A stretch of 64,000 nucleotides of DNA from Acidobacteriota bacterium (GTDB lineage: Bacteria; Acidobacteriota; UBA6911; RPQK01; JADFOI01), in the NCBI GenBank assembly GCA_963663035.1, contig OY760074.1, positions 960,001 to 1,024,000 of the forward strand. Direction: 5' to 3'. The notes below the pieces were generated by a model, which was not told the DNA's origin, searched no databases, and saw only the letters and a program-made list of their open reading frames with translations. Position numbers and translations under genes: made by a program. This document shows, piece by piece, positions 9,821 to 19,814 of the stretch. Numbering within the stretch: the first letter of the stretch is position 1; every line of letters begins with the position of its first letter.

Positions 9821-10317
9821 GGGGCGGACTGCTCGAGAGTTCTCAAATAGGTGACGATTTGCCAGACTTGATCCGAAGTCAGGTCGGCGCCATAGCGCGG
9901 CATTAGTCTGACGCCGTTGCGAATGGTGCCATAGAACCAGCCGTCGGTATTTCCCTGCACAAAGGGGTTGGCCAGATCAGCGGGTGGAATGAACACTGCC
10001 GCAACCGGACCGTCACCCTTGCCCGTCTCCCCGTGACAGGGCATGCAGTAGCTGGCGAAGAGGGACTGTCCTTTTTCCACGTTGGATTCGCTTTGGGGCA
10101 GCGGGTTGCTGGGGTAAAGTTCCTCGAATTGGGAGCGGTCCCAGGAAAAGGCTCCGTTGACCGGAAGCGTCCCCTCCACAGGAGCCCGAGGGCCATGGTA
10201 AGGGGCCGGTGCCGGCTGTTGGACCATGTCCCTGTTCCAGGGCCAGCCGGTGGCATAAAGGGTGATCAGGACCGCAATGAGGGCCGCCAGAAGCGTCTTT
10301 TTTATCGTATTTCCCAT
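9817..10317 (-). CDS. actE: ACIII monoheme cytochrome c ActE-like
   Basis: Single CMPCH, DMVQQP motif, C-terminal MP. Confidence 0.85.
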   Translation of the reverse strand: MGNTIKKTLLAALIAVLITLYATGWPWNRDMVQQPAPAPYHGPRAPVEGTLPVNGAFSWDRSQFEELYPSNPLPQSESNVEKGQSLFASYCMPCHGETGKGDGPVAAVFIPPADLANPFVQGNTDGWFYGTIRNGVRLMPRYGADLTSDQVWQIVTYLRTLEQSAP

Positions 10318-10802
10318 TCCATGGCTCCCTTCTCTTTGAGAAACTCCATGACTTGCTCGGTCTCATCGGAGGGACACTCGATCCAGAGACCGAAATGGCC
10401 TTGACTGAAGCGAGGATCGTAAGGCACAGGTTTGCGGTAGCGCCCCCAGGCAGACCAGTAGAGAAATCCGCTCACCGTTCCCAGCGCACCCAGGAGAATC
10501 GTCAGTTCAAAGGCGATAATCAAAAATGGAGGAATCGAGATGAGTGGTTTGCCTCCCGTGATGAGCAGTGGCCACTGGGCGGTGGTCCAGATGGTGAGTG
10601 CCAGCCCGCCTATCCCACCGGTTACACCTCCCAACAGCGTCAGCCAGCGCACCGGGCTTTTTCCCGGCGCCGCGACTTCGATCAACTCCTCGTCAGGAGT
10701 GGGAGAAAAGGCCTCCAGTTCACCCAGATTCTTTGCCCTGGCCTCCCTCAGTGCCTTCAGGAGATCCTCCCTCTGTTCAAAGATGCCCAGAACTCCACTC
10801 AT
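10302..10802 (-). CDS. actD: ACIII subunit ActD (DUF3341-like)
   Basis: EAFSP, GGKP...FELTIL, YDPRFS. Confidence 0.88.
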   Translation of the reverse strand: MSGVLGIFEQREDLLKALREARAKNLGELEAFSPTPDEELIEVAAPGKSPVRWLTLLGGVTGGIGGLALTIWTTAQWPLLITGGKPLISIPPFLIIAFELTILLGALGTVSGFLYWSAWGRYRKPVPYDPRFSQGHFGLWIECPSDETEQVMEFLKEKGAMEWEIR

Positions 10803-12172
10803 TTGTGGCCCTCACTGGGAAGTCCATGCAGCATGCTTTCCTTGACTTCGGCTATGGGAATGGCGGGAAGGTGTCGGACGAAAAGAAGGAACCAGAGCCC
10901 AAACCAGGCAAAGCTGCCCGCCAGAATGCTCCACTCCACCCAGCTGGGACCGTAATCTGCCCAGGCCGTGACATTGTATTCTCGTGCCAGCGAACCGGCG
11001 ATGATGACGAAGCGCTCAGTCCACATTCCCACATTGATCAGGATCGAGATGGTAAACAGAAGCGCCGTGTTGCGGCGAGCTGAGGGGATGAAAAAGACCA
11101 GGGGAAGCAGGGAATTGCACAGCACCATGAGCCAGAACAGGGGAGCGTAATCGCCTACGGCTCGCGACATAAAGACGGTCTGTTCATAAGGATTTTCGCT
11201 ATACCAGGCAAAGAAGAATTCCATCAGGTAGGCATAGGAGACGATGAGTGAGGAGACGATAATCAGCTTGGCCAGGTTCTCCAGATGGCGAGGCGTGACA
11301 TAGTCCTCCAGATGCAAAATCTTCCGTGCCGGGATGATCAGCGTCAGGACCATGGCCAAGCCTGAGAAGATGGCGCCAGCAACAAAATAGGGGGCAAAGA
11401 TGGTGCTGTGCCAGCCGGGAACAATGGCTACGGCAAAGTCCCAGGACACCACACTGTGAACCGAGATGACCAGTGGCGTGGCCAGCGCGGCCATCAAAAG
11501 ATAAGCGCTGTTAAAGTGTTTCCACTCTCTGGCACTGCCCGACCACCCCAGACAGAAGATACTGAAAATACGTCGCTTCCAGCCCCGTGCATTGTCGCGC
11601 AGGACGGCCAGATCGGGAACCAGGCCCAGGTAAAAGAACAGGACACTGACAGTGAGGTAGGTGCTCACGGCAAACACATCCCACAGAAGGGGTGAGCGAA
11701 AGTTGACCCAGAGGCCGCGCTGGTTGGGGTAGGGAAGCAGCCAGTAGAATAACCAGGGGCGTCCCAGGTGGATAATGGGAAACAAGCCTGCCGTCATGAC
11801 GGCAAAGACCGTCATGGCTTCTGCAAAACGGGAGATGGATGCCCGCCAGCGGGCTCTAAAGAGAAAGAGAATGGCAGAGATCAGGGTTCCCGAGTGAGCG
11901 ATACCCACCCAGAAAACAAAGGTGGTGATGTAGGTCCCCCACATGACCGGGTGGCGCAGACCTGTCACGCCCAGGCCGCTGGAAACTTGCGTGGTCCAGG
12001 CCCAGAAACCCCATCCTATCCCCACAAGGCAGAGGAGCAGCGCAGCGAAATAAAGCCCTCCAGGGTGGAGTGTTCCCAGGATGTCGGAATTGACACGACC
12101 CAAGCTGTCTGGTGAGGGATCCGAAAGCGAGGGCTGATGTGAGGAATGGGGTGATGACATGAGGTCCTTCAC
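10799..12172 (-). CDS. actC: ACIII NrfD/PsrC-family quinol-interacting subunit ActC
   Basis: FVFWVGIAHSGTLISAIL, HLGRPW, SPLLWDVFAVSTY, SVHSVVSWDFA. Confidence 0.95.
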   Translation of the reverse strand: MKDLMSSPHSSHQPSLSDPSPDSLGRVNSDILGTLHPGGLYFAALLLCLVGIGWGFWAWTTQVSSGLGVTGLRHPVMWGTYITTFVFWVGIAHSGTLISAILFLFRARWRASISRFAEAMTVFAVMTAGLFPIIHLGRPWLFYWLLPYPNQRGLWVNFRSPLLWDVFAVSTYLTVSVLFFYLGLVPDLAVLRDNARGWKRRIFSIFCLGWSGSAREWKHFNSAYLLMAALATPLVISVHSVVSWDFAVAIVPGWHSTIFAPYFVAGAIFSGLAMVLTLIIPARKILHLEDYVTPRHLENLAKLIIVSSLIVSYAYLMEFFFAWYSENPYEQTVFMSRAVGDYAPLFWLMVLCNSLLPLVFFIPSARRNTALLFTISILINVGMWTERFVIIAGSLAREYNVTAWADYGPSWVEWSILAGSFAWFGLWFLLFVRHLPAIPIAEVKESMLHGLPSEGHK

Positions 12173-15100
12173 TACTCCTCGGTAAACGGCCTCTCAGGCA
12201 CCAGTTTCTTCAAATAGGTGACGGCCGGACGAGTGTTCAACCCCTCCAGCAGGTGATAGCCGCGGGGATCATCCACCCGTTGTGACAGGCGGCTCTCGGG
12301 GTCCTTCAGGTCCCCAAAGAGGATGGCCTCGGCCGGACAAGTCTGCGCACAGGCCGGGGTAATGTCTCCATCTCTGAGTTCCCGCTCTTCTCGACGGGCC
12401 CGGTTTTTCCCCACCTGGATGCGCTGAACGCAGAAGGTACACTTTTCCATCACACCGGCTGTGCGAACCGTGACATCGGGGTTGAGCTGCAGCTCCAAAG
12501 GCTCATCGAACTCATAGCTGCTCCAGTTGAAGCGACGCACTTTGTAGGGACAGTTATTGGAGCAGTAACGGGTTCCCACGCAGCGGGCGTAAACTTGAGC
12601 ATTTAACCCCTCGGGGTTGTGATAGGTGGCAAAAACGGGACAGACCGGTTCGCAGGGCGCGTTGTGGCAGTGCTGGCAAAGCGTGGGCAGCGAAGTCACC
12701 TGCGGCTGGACAGCGTCTGCCCCCGACAGGATGTTCTCCTGGGACGGATGCCTCTCAATGCGCAGCCAGGCCATCTCCCGTCCCTGGGCGCACCCCTGCT
12801 TGCCCACAATGGGGACGTTGTTCTCGGCATAGCAGGCCGCCACGCAGGCGTTGCAGCCCGTACAGGCGTCCAGGTCAATGGCCATGCCCCACTGGTGATC
12901 GGGGTGATCATGGGGGGGATAGAAATCGATCGGTTCATGGGCGGCCGAGGGTGAGTCAGAAGCCCCCAGCTCGCCGGGGCGGATGGTTTCAGCAAAAGCT
13001 TCATCCGGCTGGACTTGCAGCCTGATCAAAGAATCTCTGGGGTGGTCCTGGGGCCGTGCCTGCAGGGAAACCAGCTCATGTTTTTGTCCCGTCTTGGCCA
13101 GGCTGACCCGAAGGGAACGCCAAAGAACGGAGCCCGATTCGGGTTCAGCCTCAGGGGAGAGGAGCCGCATGGGATTGTCTCCTCTTCCGGAGGCATAGCG
13201 CAGATCCCCCGAGCGGCCCTGTCCCAGTGACATGGCCACCGTATCGGGTTGCAGGCCGGCAAAGAGATGGACAGCCACCGTCAGGCTGCCGTGAGGAGAG
13301 GTCACCGTGACCACATCTCCCTCCTCCAGACCCATCGGCAAGGCGGTTTCAGGATGAATCTCCAGCCAACCATCCCAGACCAGGTGGGTGACCGGATCGG
13401 GTATCTCCTGAAGCCATGGATTGTTGGCGCTGCGGCCGTCAAAAAGAGAAGTGGAAGGGTAGACTATGAGAGCAAGACCCCCACTGGGGCCTTCCAGGGT
13501 CTCTGGCTGAAAGCGGATCTGGCTGGAAAAATCCCGTAAAGTGGCCGTGACCGGCTCAACTTCCGAGAAGTGTCCGCCCTCTCTTAAGACATCGGGCCAG
13601 AACTCCTCCCAGGAGCGCCCTGCTGCCACCTGAGGCTGCACCGTGGACTCCCAATAGGCGTGAAGCCACTCGGAATAGTTGGAGTGCTCGAACTGGGGGG
13701 CCATCTCCTCAATCTTCTGAGCTGCGCTGAGCAGGACATCGCCGCTGGCCTTGCTGTCAAAGATCGGCTGCATGGCGGGTTGCTGAATCGTTAAAACTCC
13801 CGCTCGCGGAGTGAAGTCGCCCCAGCTCTCCAGAGAGTGATGATCGGGCAGAATGAGATCTGCCCGGGCTGTCGTTTCATCGGGAAGAGTGGAGAAACTG
13901 ACCACCAGGGGAACCTTCTCCAGGGCCTCGGCAAAGCCGCAGGCCTGGGGCAGCGTGAAAACGGGATTGGACTGGTGCACAAAAAGGACGTCGATCCTTC
14001 CCTGGTTCATGTCCTCGATGAGATCGAGGATTTCCTGATAGGTTGCCAGCTGATCGAAGGCTGAGGGAATTCCCAGGGTGAGTGTCTTTCCCAGGTTGCC
14101 TGCCAGGGCGTTGAGCAGCAGGACAGCCAGCTCCAGAGACACGGCCTCTTTTCCTGCGGCGCTCACTCCCCCGCCCAGGGCCAGGGAGGGCGAATCCCGG
14201 CAGAAACGCCGTGCCAGTTCCTGAACCGTCGAGACCTCCACGCCCGTGTCTGGCTGGGTCGCTTCCGGTGAGAACGGTGCAACCAACGACTCGATCCACC
14301 CCAGCTGTGACCCCATCTCGGGTGCGGATAGACCCTGATCCAGGATGGAGTGAATCAGGGAGAGGGCCAGCTGGACTTCAGTGCCGGCAGGGACGGGAAT
14401 CCACCAGTCGGCGTTGGAAGCGGTGAGTGAAAGTCGGGGAGCGATGTGAACGAAGTTGTCGGGACGTTCGCTGGGCCGGTTCTTACGCATCTGGCTAAAG
14501 TCGCCCGTCAACTCGACATTGGAGCGCCAGGTCTCCAGGAAGTCTGCCCCAAAGGAGAGCAGAAATTGGGCCTGGTCCAGATGATAGCTGGGAAGCTCGG
14601 AGCGATCGAAGGCGATTTGGACGGCCCGCCGCAGCGGCTCATATTGGAAGGTCTCATAGAAGAGAATGCGCTCGGAACCCAGGGCCTGCAGCCACTGGCG
14701 CGTCAGCTGTTCCATGGACCCGGTCAGGAGTTGGCCCATCCAGGCCACTCGCTGCTGGCTGCCGCTGGCCATGATCGGGCTGAGGTGGGAGATGAGCAGC
14801 TCTTCGGCCTGCTCCCAGTCAGTGGAGCGCAGCTCTCCGCTGTCGTCACGAAGGAGGGGGCCCCGAAAGCGGTCCGGATTGTAAAGAGACTGAACCGATG
14901 CCTGTCCCCGAATACAGAGCCGTCCCTTTCCCACGGGATGGCGGGGGTTGCCCTCGGCCTTGATCACGCGGCCCTCCCGAGTCTTGGCCAGCATGCCGCA
15001 TCCGGCCGGGCACTCGCGGCACTGGGTTGTGTAGTAGGCTGCCACACCGGGGACGATGTTGTCCGGAGAGACCAGGTAAGGCACCAGCTGTTCGGTCGGT

Positions 15101-15174
15101 GGGGAGCAGGCGTCCACCAGGGCGGCCGATCCACTGACTCCCACCACCTTCAGAAAATCTCGTCTCTTGATCAT
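12172..15174 (-). CDS. actB: ACIII ActB: molybdopterin-oxidoreductase-like domain fused to Fe-S domain, TAT lipoprotein
   Basis: RRDFLK and LVDAC; CRECPAGC...C; CTGCNACVAAC, CQHCHNAPCEPVCP, CVGTRYCSNNCP, CTFC...CAQTCP. Confidence 0.93.
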   Translation of the reverse strand: MIKRRDFLKVVGVSGSAALVDACSPPTEQLVPYLVSPDNIVPGVAAYYTTQCRECPAGCGMLAKTREGRVIKAEGNPRHPVGKGRLCIRGQASVQSLYNPDRFRGPLLRDDSGELRSTDWEQAEELLISHLSPIMASGSQQRVAWMGQLLTGSMEQLTRQWLQALGSERILFYETFQYEPLRRAVQIAFDRSELPSYHLDQAQFLLSFGADFLETWRSNVELTGDFSQMRKNRPSERPDNFVHIAPRLSLTASNADWWIPVPAGTEVQLALSLIHSILDQGLSAPEMGSQLGWIESLVAPFSPEATQPDTGVEVSTVQELARRFCRDSPSLALGGGVSAAGKEAVSLELAVLLLNALAGNLGKTLTLGIPSAFDQLATYQEILDLIEDMNQGRIDVLFVHQSNPVFTLPQACGFAEALEKVPLVVSFSTLPDETTARADLILPDHHSLESWGDFTPRAGVLTIQQPAMQPIFDSKASGDVLLSAAQKIEEMAPQFEHSNYSEWLHAYWESTVQPQVAAGRSWEEFWPDVLREGGHFSEVEPVTATLRDFSSQIRFQPETLEGPSGGLALIVYPSTSLFDGRSANNPWLQEIPDPVTHLVWDGWLEIHPETALPMGLEEGDVVTVTSPHGSLTVAVHLFAGLQPDTVAMSLGQGRSGDLRYASGRGDNPMRLLSPEAEPESGSVLWRSLRVSLAKTGQKHELVSLQARPQDHPRDSLIRLQVQPDEAFAETIRPGELGASDSPSAAHEPIDFYPPHDHPDHQWGMAIDLDACTGCNACVAACYAENNVPIVGKQGCAQGREMAWLRIERHPSQENILSGADAVQPQVTSLPTLCQHCHNAPCEPVCPVFATYHNPEGLNAQVYARCVGTRYCSNNCPYKVRRFNWSSYEFDEPLELQLNPDVTVRTAGVMEKCTFCVQRIQVGKNRARREERELRDGDITPACAQTCPAEAILFGDLKDPESRLSQRVDDPRGYHLLEGLNTRPAVTYLKKLVPERPFTEE

Positions 15175-15195
15175 ACCTGTGGTCTCAAATTCCGC

Positions 15196-15375
15196 TAGCC
15201 CGGATTATGCATAGGTTCTTGTCACGAAGCGACGAAAGCGCCGGCCTGACAAGGCGCGCGACGGAGGCCCCCGCAAACGTACTCTTGAGTACGTCGAGGA
15301 GGCTGACCGAGCGCAACGCTGGCAGGGCGGATGATCTCGTAGCTGCAGTAGAGAATTTATGCATAATACGGGCTA
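15196..15375. mobile_element. MITE-like element between actA and actB
   Basis: Terminal inverted repeats TAGCCCGGATTATGCATA / TATGCATAATACGGGCTA; internal homology to 1-180. Confidence 0.8.
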
Positions 15376-15879
15376 ATAATGGCAGCTGAGGCAATCCACT
15401 GATGCCTCCTGGCTGCGATGACAGTCCAGGCACCATCCCATTTCCAGATTCCTGTCGCGGGTGACTTTGGACATCGATTCTATGGCTCCGTGGCACTCCT
15501 GACACTGGACCTGTGCCCGCAGGTGGGCTTCATGATTGAAGTGTACGAAACGGGGCAGGGCGAAAACCTTCACCCAGGGGACAGGCTGGCCGTTTTGCCA
15601 GTAAGTGCGCAGCTTCTCAATTTCCGGACTCTCTCTGGCCACGATTAGGTGGCATCCCATACAACGCTCCACGGAGGGCACTCCGGCGAAAGGGGAGCGG
15701 TCGGCATAGGTGTGACAGTAGAGGCACTGGATCTGGTAGTCGCCGGCGTGAACCTGATGGTCAAAGGCGATGGGTTGATCGGGTGAATATTGCGGCTCTG
15801 CCTGAACCAGCCAAACTGCCGCTACCAGCAGGCTCAACAGCAAGACACCCAGGGCTGCCGTCCAAAGGTGTCTTCCCAT
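15373..15879 (-). CDS. actA: ACIII pentaheme cytochrome c ActA
   Basis: Five CxxCH (CLYCH, CMGCH, CQECH, CLDCH, CLSCH), N-terminal TM, GGAGAGG upstream of ATG 15879. Confidence 0.92.
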   Translation of the reverse strand: MGRHLWTAALGVLLLSLLVAAVWLVQAEPQYSPDQPIAFDHQVHAGDYQIQCLYCHTYADRSPFAGVPSVERCMGCHLIVARESPEIEKLRTYWQNGQPVPWVKVFALPRFVHFNHEAHLRAQVQCQECHGAIESMSKVTRDRNLEMGWCLDCHRSQEASVDCLSCHY

Positions 15880-16003
15880 AGCAAAGGTCCTCTCCCTGAG
15901 CGACAAGTCTTTAGTTATTGAAGATTATTGTCAAGGAACGGCGGTAGGATCTCCTACAACTTCTCTCCACTGGGTTATACTCTTCCAGACTGAAGCTCTG
16001 AAT

Positions 16004-18001
16004 ATGACAGCAAAGAAAGCGGAAAACATAGTGACCGGGCGCTTTGTCGCCCATCCGGATGGCTACGGCTTTGTCATCGCCGAAGATCCGCCACGTGAGC
16101 AGGATGTTTTCATCCCTCCCACCAAAACGGGGACGGCCATTGACGGGGACACGGTTCGTGTTCGTCTGGTTCCATCCAGCCGCCCTCGAAGAAAAAAGGG
16201 GGAGAGTTCTTCGGAAGGAGAGGTTTTTGCCATTGTGTCGCGGGCTCGAGAGGCCATCGTGGGAAAGCTCTTTCGCCAGCGTAAGGACATCTTCGTTACA
16301 CCCCTGGACGAGCGCTACCGCTATACGGTCCGTTTGGTGGATGAGCAAGCAAAGAAAGTTGCTGATGGAAAGATTGTGGCCGTCGCCATCGTGGCACAGC
16401 CCGGGCCGGACCAGCTTCCCCTGGGAAAGATCAGTGAGGTGCTGGGGGATCCTGATGATCCGGGGATCCAGTACAAGATTGTCTGCCATTCCCATGAAAT
16501 CCCTCTGAAGTTTCCCGCAAAAGTTTTACAGGAAGCGGAGGGAGCCCAGGAGCCGAATCCAGAAGAGATCAAGAAGAGAGTGGATTTTCGAAAACTGCCC
16601 ACCGTGACCATCGACGGCGAGACGGCACGTGATTTCGATGACGCTATCAGTATCGAGAAACTTGAAAACGGCCATTTTCTGCTGTGGGTTCATATCGCCG
16701 ATGTGTCCCACTATATACACACCGGCAGCGAACTGGATCGAGAGGCCTTGCTGCGTGGTACCTCGGTTTACTTTCCGGATCGGGCCATACCCATGCTTCC
16801 CGAGAAACTGTCCAACCAGCTGTGCAGCCTCAATCCCGGGGTTGACCGGCTCACCCTCTCCGCGGTGATGGAGGTCGATGAGAAAGGGAAAGTCTGCCAC
16901 CGGGAATTCTGCCGGTCGGTGATCCGCAGCAACGAGCGGATGACCTATACGGACGTCAGCAAGATCCTCATCGATCAGGATGAGACATTGAAAGGTCGCT
17001 ATCACGATCTTCTGGAAGGCTTTGGTTGGATGCTGGAGCTGTTCAAGATCCTCAGGGCGATGAGGGTGAGGAGGGGATCGCTCGATTTTGATCTTCCCGA
17101 GGCGGAGATTAAGTTTGATGACAATGGGGAAATTCTCGATATTGTCCGTTCAGAGCGGAACGAGGCCCATCGGATCATCGAAGAATTCATGCTGCTGGCC
17201 AACGAAACGGTTGCCCACCATCTGACTAAGCTTGAAATTCCTTTGATTTACCGGATCCATGAAGATCCCGATCCAACCAAGGTCGAGGCCTTCCTCGAGC
17301 TTGCCGTCCAGTTCGGGTATTCGTTGAAGCAAGATCGAGACGGTCGCTACCCCGTTCGAGCCTTTCAAAAGCTCACCCGCCAGCTCAGTGGCAAACCGGA
17401 GGCCCAGTTTCTTTCCTATTTAATGCTTCGCTCCTTTCAGCAAGCCCAGTATTCGGAAGTGAATCAGGGGCATTTCGGTCTGGCCGCTGCCCGTTACTGT
17501 CACTTCACCTCCCCGATTCGGCGCTATCCCGATCTCATCGTGCACCGCCTTTTGAAAATGGTCATCGCCCAACGGACTTCCAGCCGCAGTGCGGAGCAAC
17601 TCTACGGCCGCCTCCATGACATTGCCGGCCGTTCTTCGGCAAGAGAACGGAAGGCGGTTGAAGCGGAGCGGGAGATCATGCGCTGGTTAATGGCCAAATT
17701 CATGGCCGATCGGTTGGGAGAGGAATTCGATGCCTTTATCATCGGAGTGAAACGCAATGGCTTCTTCGTCGAACTGCTCCAGCATTTTGTGGAAGGCTTT
17801 GTTTCTGCAGAGACGATCTGGGATGACTTCTATGTCCTCAATGAACGCCACCACTGTCTGGTCGGGGAGAATACCAAGAAAGTCTACCGGATTGGCGACC
17901 GGCTGAGGGTCCGGCTGGATAAGGTGAGTCTCCACCGGCACCTGATCGACTTCTCGCCGGTTATTGCCGGGACGCCAAAGCAGCGAAAGCGGAAACGATG
18001 A
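16004..18001 (+). CDS. rnr: Ribonuclease R
   Basis: HPDGYGFV cold-shock domain, TIDGETARDFDDA, HFTSPIRRYPDL, S1 domain, basic tail. Confidence 0.97.
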   Translation: MTAKKAENIVTGRFVAHPDGYGFVIAEDPPREQDVFIPPTKTGTAIDGDTVRVRLVPSSRPRRKKGESSSEGEVFAIVSRAREAIVGKLFRQRKDIFVTPLDERYRYTVRLVDEQAKKVADGKIVAVAIVAQPGPDQLPLGKISEVLGDPDDPGIQYKIVCHSHEIPLKFPAKVLQEAEGAQEPNPEEIKKRVDFRKLPTVTIDGETARDFDDAISIEKLENGHFLLWVHIADVSHYIHTGSELDREALLRGTSVYFPDRAIPMLPEKLSNQLCSLNPGVDRLTLSAVMEVDEKGKVCHREFCRSVIRSNERMTYTDVSKILIDQDETLKGRYHDLLEGFGWMLELFKILRAMRVRRGSLDFDLPEAEIKFDDNGEILDIVRSERNEAHRIIEEFMLLANETVAHHLTKLEIPLIYRIHEDPDPTKVEAFLELAVQFGYSLKQDRDGRYPVRAFQKLTRQLSGKPEAQFLSYLMLRSFQQAQYSEVNQGHFGLAAARYCHFTSPIRRYPDLIVHRLLKMVIAQRTSSRSAEQLYGRLHDIAGRSSARERKAVEAEREIMRWLMAKFMADRLGEEFDAFIIGVKRNGFFVELLQHFVEGFVSAETIWDDFYVLNERHHCLVGENTKKVYRIGDRLRVRLDKVSLHRHLIDFSPVIAGTPKQRKRKR

Positions 18002-19361
18002 GTTCTTCCTGCTCTGGAAAGACGGTGCGCAAGTCCAGAATCAACTGATCAGCCTCTATCCGTGCCAGCACCGGGACTGGAGACTTCCTCAGGTGCTGCT
18101 CCAGGTCGTTCACGGAATGTTGCTTGGAGGTGATGGCCAGCAGATAGGTGGGGATCTCTTCTTCAGGCGCGGAGCCCCCGCCGATCAGAGAAAAGCCTGC
18201 TCGACCCTCGCTTTGAAAAATTTGGCTATCCAGAAGGTCCTTCAGGCGCAGGGCGCGTTTTTCAATCTCCTCCGCACTGGCGGAGAGCATGCGGTGAACG
18301 GGGATGAGCGTAGGATAGCTCCCCCTTTCGTATTGGGCCAGGGTCCACTGCAGGGCAGCGTAGGTCATCTTGTCGACACGGCAGGCCCGCATGAGAGGAT
18401 TGCGGCGAATGGCCTCAACCAGGTCGCTGTTACCCACCATGATGCCGGCCTGCGGGCCCCCCAAAAGCTTGTCGCCACTGAAGCAGACCAGGTCCGCACC
18501 CTCTCCCAGAACCGATTGAACCGAGGGTTCCTCCTGCAGGAAGGGATGGGATGAGGAAAAGAGAAGACCGCTGCCGGCATCCTCCACCAGGGGAATACCA
18601 CTCTCCTGAGCCAGCTCGGCCAGCTCCAGGAGTGTTGGACGGTGAGTAAATCCCACAATCTTGTAGTTGCTGGGGTGCACCCGCAGAATCAAGGCGGTAT
18701 CTTCATCAATGGCGTCGCGGTAATCCGAGATCCTGGTCTTGTTGGTGGTCCCCACTTCCTTCAAGATGGCGCCACTGCGCTCCATAATGGCGGGGATGCG
18801 GAAAGAGCCTCCAATCTCAACGAGTTCTCCACGAGAGACCAGGACCTTCTTTTCTCGGGCCAGGGTATTCAAGATCAGCAGAACCGCTGCTGCATTGTTG
18901 TTGCAGACGGTGGCTGCCTGACAGTCCAGCAGGCGGCAGATGCCCTCTTCAAAGTGAAGATCGCGATGTCCTCGCTGGCCGGCAGCGAGATCATATTCGA
19001 GATTGGAATACCCGGTTGCGATTTCCAGGATGGCCTGGGCTGCCTCAGGAGGCAGAGGAGCCCGCCCGATATTGGTGTGAAGGATGACACCGCTGGCATT
19101 GATGACTTTGCCCAGCGAGGGTGAAAGCCGTGCCTCGATTCTAGAGCGAAGAACGGAATCCAGCGATTCGATCCGTTCACTCAGGATTTCGTCAGAGAGT
19201 TGTCCATTTTGAATGCCGGTGCGCAGCTCTGCCAGATATTCCTGGATTCCATTTACCACAAGCTCTCGAGAATAGAGATCGATCAGGCCCTGAATGGAGT
19301 CCTTCTGCAAGATCTTGCTGACGGAGGGAAGCTGCTGCAGGATCTGACTTTCAGCGGACAC
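17961..19361 (-). CDS. selA: L-seryl-tRNA(Sec) selenium transferase
   Basis: VINASGVILHTNIGRA, NNNAAAV, SRGELVEIGGSFRIP, EVGTTNKT, FSGDKLLGGPQAG. Confidence 0.97.
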   Translation of the reverse strand: MSAESQILQQLPSVSKILQKDSIQGLIDLYSRELVVNGIQEYLAELRTGIQNGQLSDEILSERIESLDSVLRSRIEARLSPSLGKVINASGVILHTNIGRAPLPPEAAQAILEIATGYSNLEYDLAAGQRGHRDLHFEEGICRLLDCQAATVCNNNAAAVLLILNTLAREKKVLVSRGELVEIGGSFRIPAIMERSGAILKEVGTTNKTRISDYRDAIDEDTALILRVHPSNYKIVGFTHRPTLLELAELAQESGIPLVEDAGSGLLFSSSHPFLQEEPSVQSVLGEGADLVCFSGDKLLGGPQAGIMVGNSDLVEAIRRNPLMRACRVDKMTYAALQWTLAQYERGSYPTLIPVHRMLSASAEEIEKRALRLKDLLDSQIFQSEGRAGFSLIGGGSAPEEEIPTYLLAITSKQHSVNDLEQHLRKSPVPVLARIEADQLILDLRTVFPEQEELIVSAFAALASRQ

Positions 19362-19393
19362 CAGTTGATTATACAGGAAGGAGTCAGAGGAAA

Positions 19394-19451
19394 AGAATCC
19401 AGAATCCAGAATCCAGAAGATTCTCGGAACCTGGAATCTGGAACCTGGAAC
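19394..19451. repeat. Heptamer tandem repeats (AGAATCC)x3 and (GGAACCT/GGAATCT)x3-4
   Basis: Read directly from sequence. Confidence 0.8.
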
Positions 19452-19478
19452 GATGTATGCTTTAGCGGGGGTACGGTC

Positions 19479-19697
19479 ATGAAAAAATGGAGCGCTCAAA
19501 CGGTTCGGTTGGATAGGTTAGAGGATCATCTGAACCAACTGTCTGCTGACGGGTATGAGATTTATGGTCTCTATCCTGTCATGATGCCCATCGGGGGGGA
19601 TGCGAAGCTCACCACTTTCCTGGTAGCCGCCAGTAGAAGCGTGGACTACGTAGAAAAGGAAATCGCTCAAGTGGACACTGAAGCCACCAGACATTAG
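19479..19697 (+). CDS. Small hypothetical protein (DUF4177-like)
   Basis: 72 aa with LEDHLNQLSADGYEI pattern; GGGGG upstream. Confidence 0.6.
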   Translation: MKKWSAQTVRLDRLEDHLNQLSADGYEIYGLYPVMMPIGGDAKLTTFLVAASRSVDYVEKEIAQVDTEATRH

Positions 19698-19709
19698 GAC
19701 AGGCGACAC

Positions 19710-19775
19710 CTGACTGCTGACAACTGACAGCAGACCCTTGCACAGTAGTTTGAACCTGGAACTTGAAACTTGGAA
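19710..19775. repeat. Heptamer tandem repeats (CTGACxx)x3-4 and (GGAACTT-like)x3-4
   Basis: Read directly from sequence upstream of purH. Confidence 0.7.
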
Positions 19776-19814
19776 GGCGCGCGAAGCGCGCTCTGCGCGA
19801 ACAGGAACGTCTTT

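Noticed and set aside
15185-15505. ORFs 15185..15505 and 15207..15389
   Set aside because: Translations of the MITE and of actA in another frame.
19362-19499. 5' extension of selA
   Set aside because: Translates heptamer repeats; a TATAAT lies just before the GTG at 19361.
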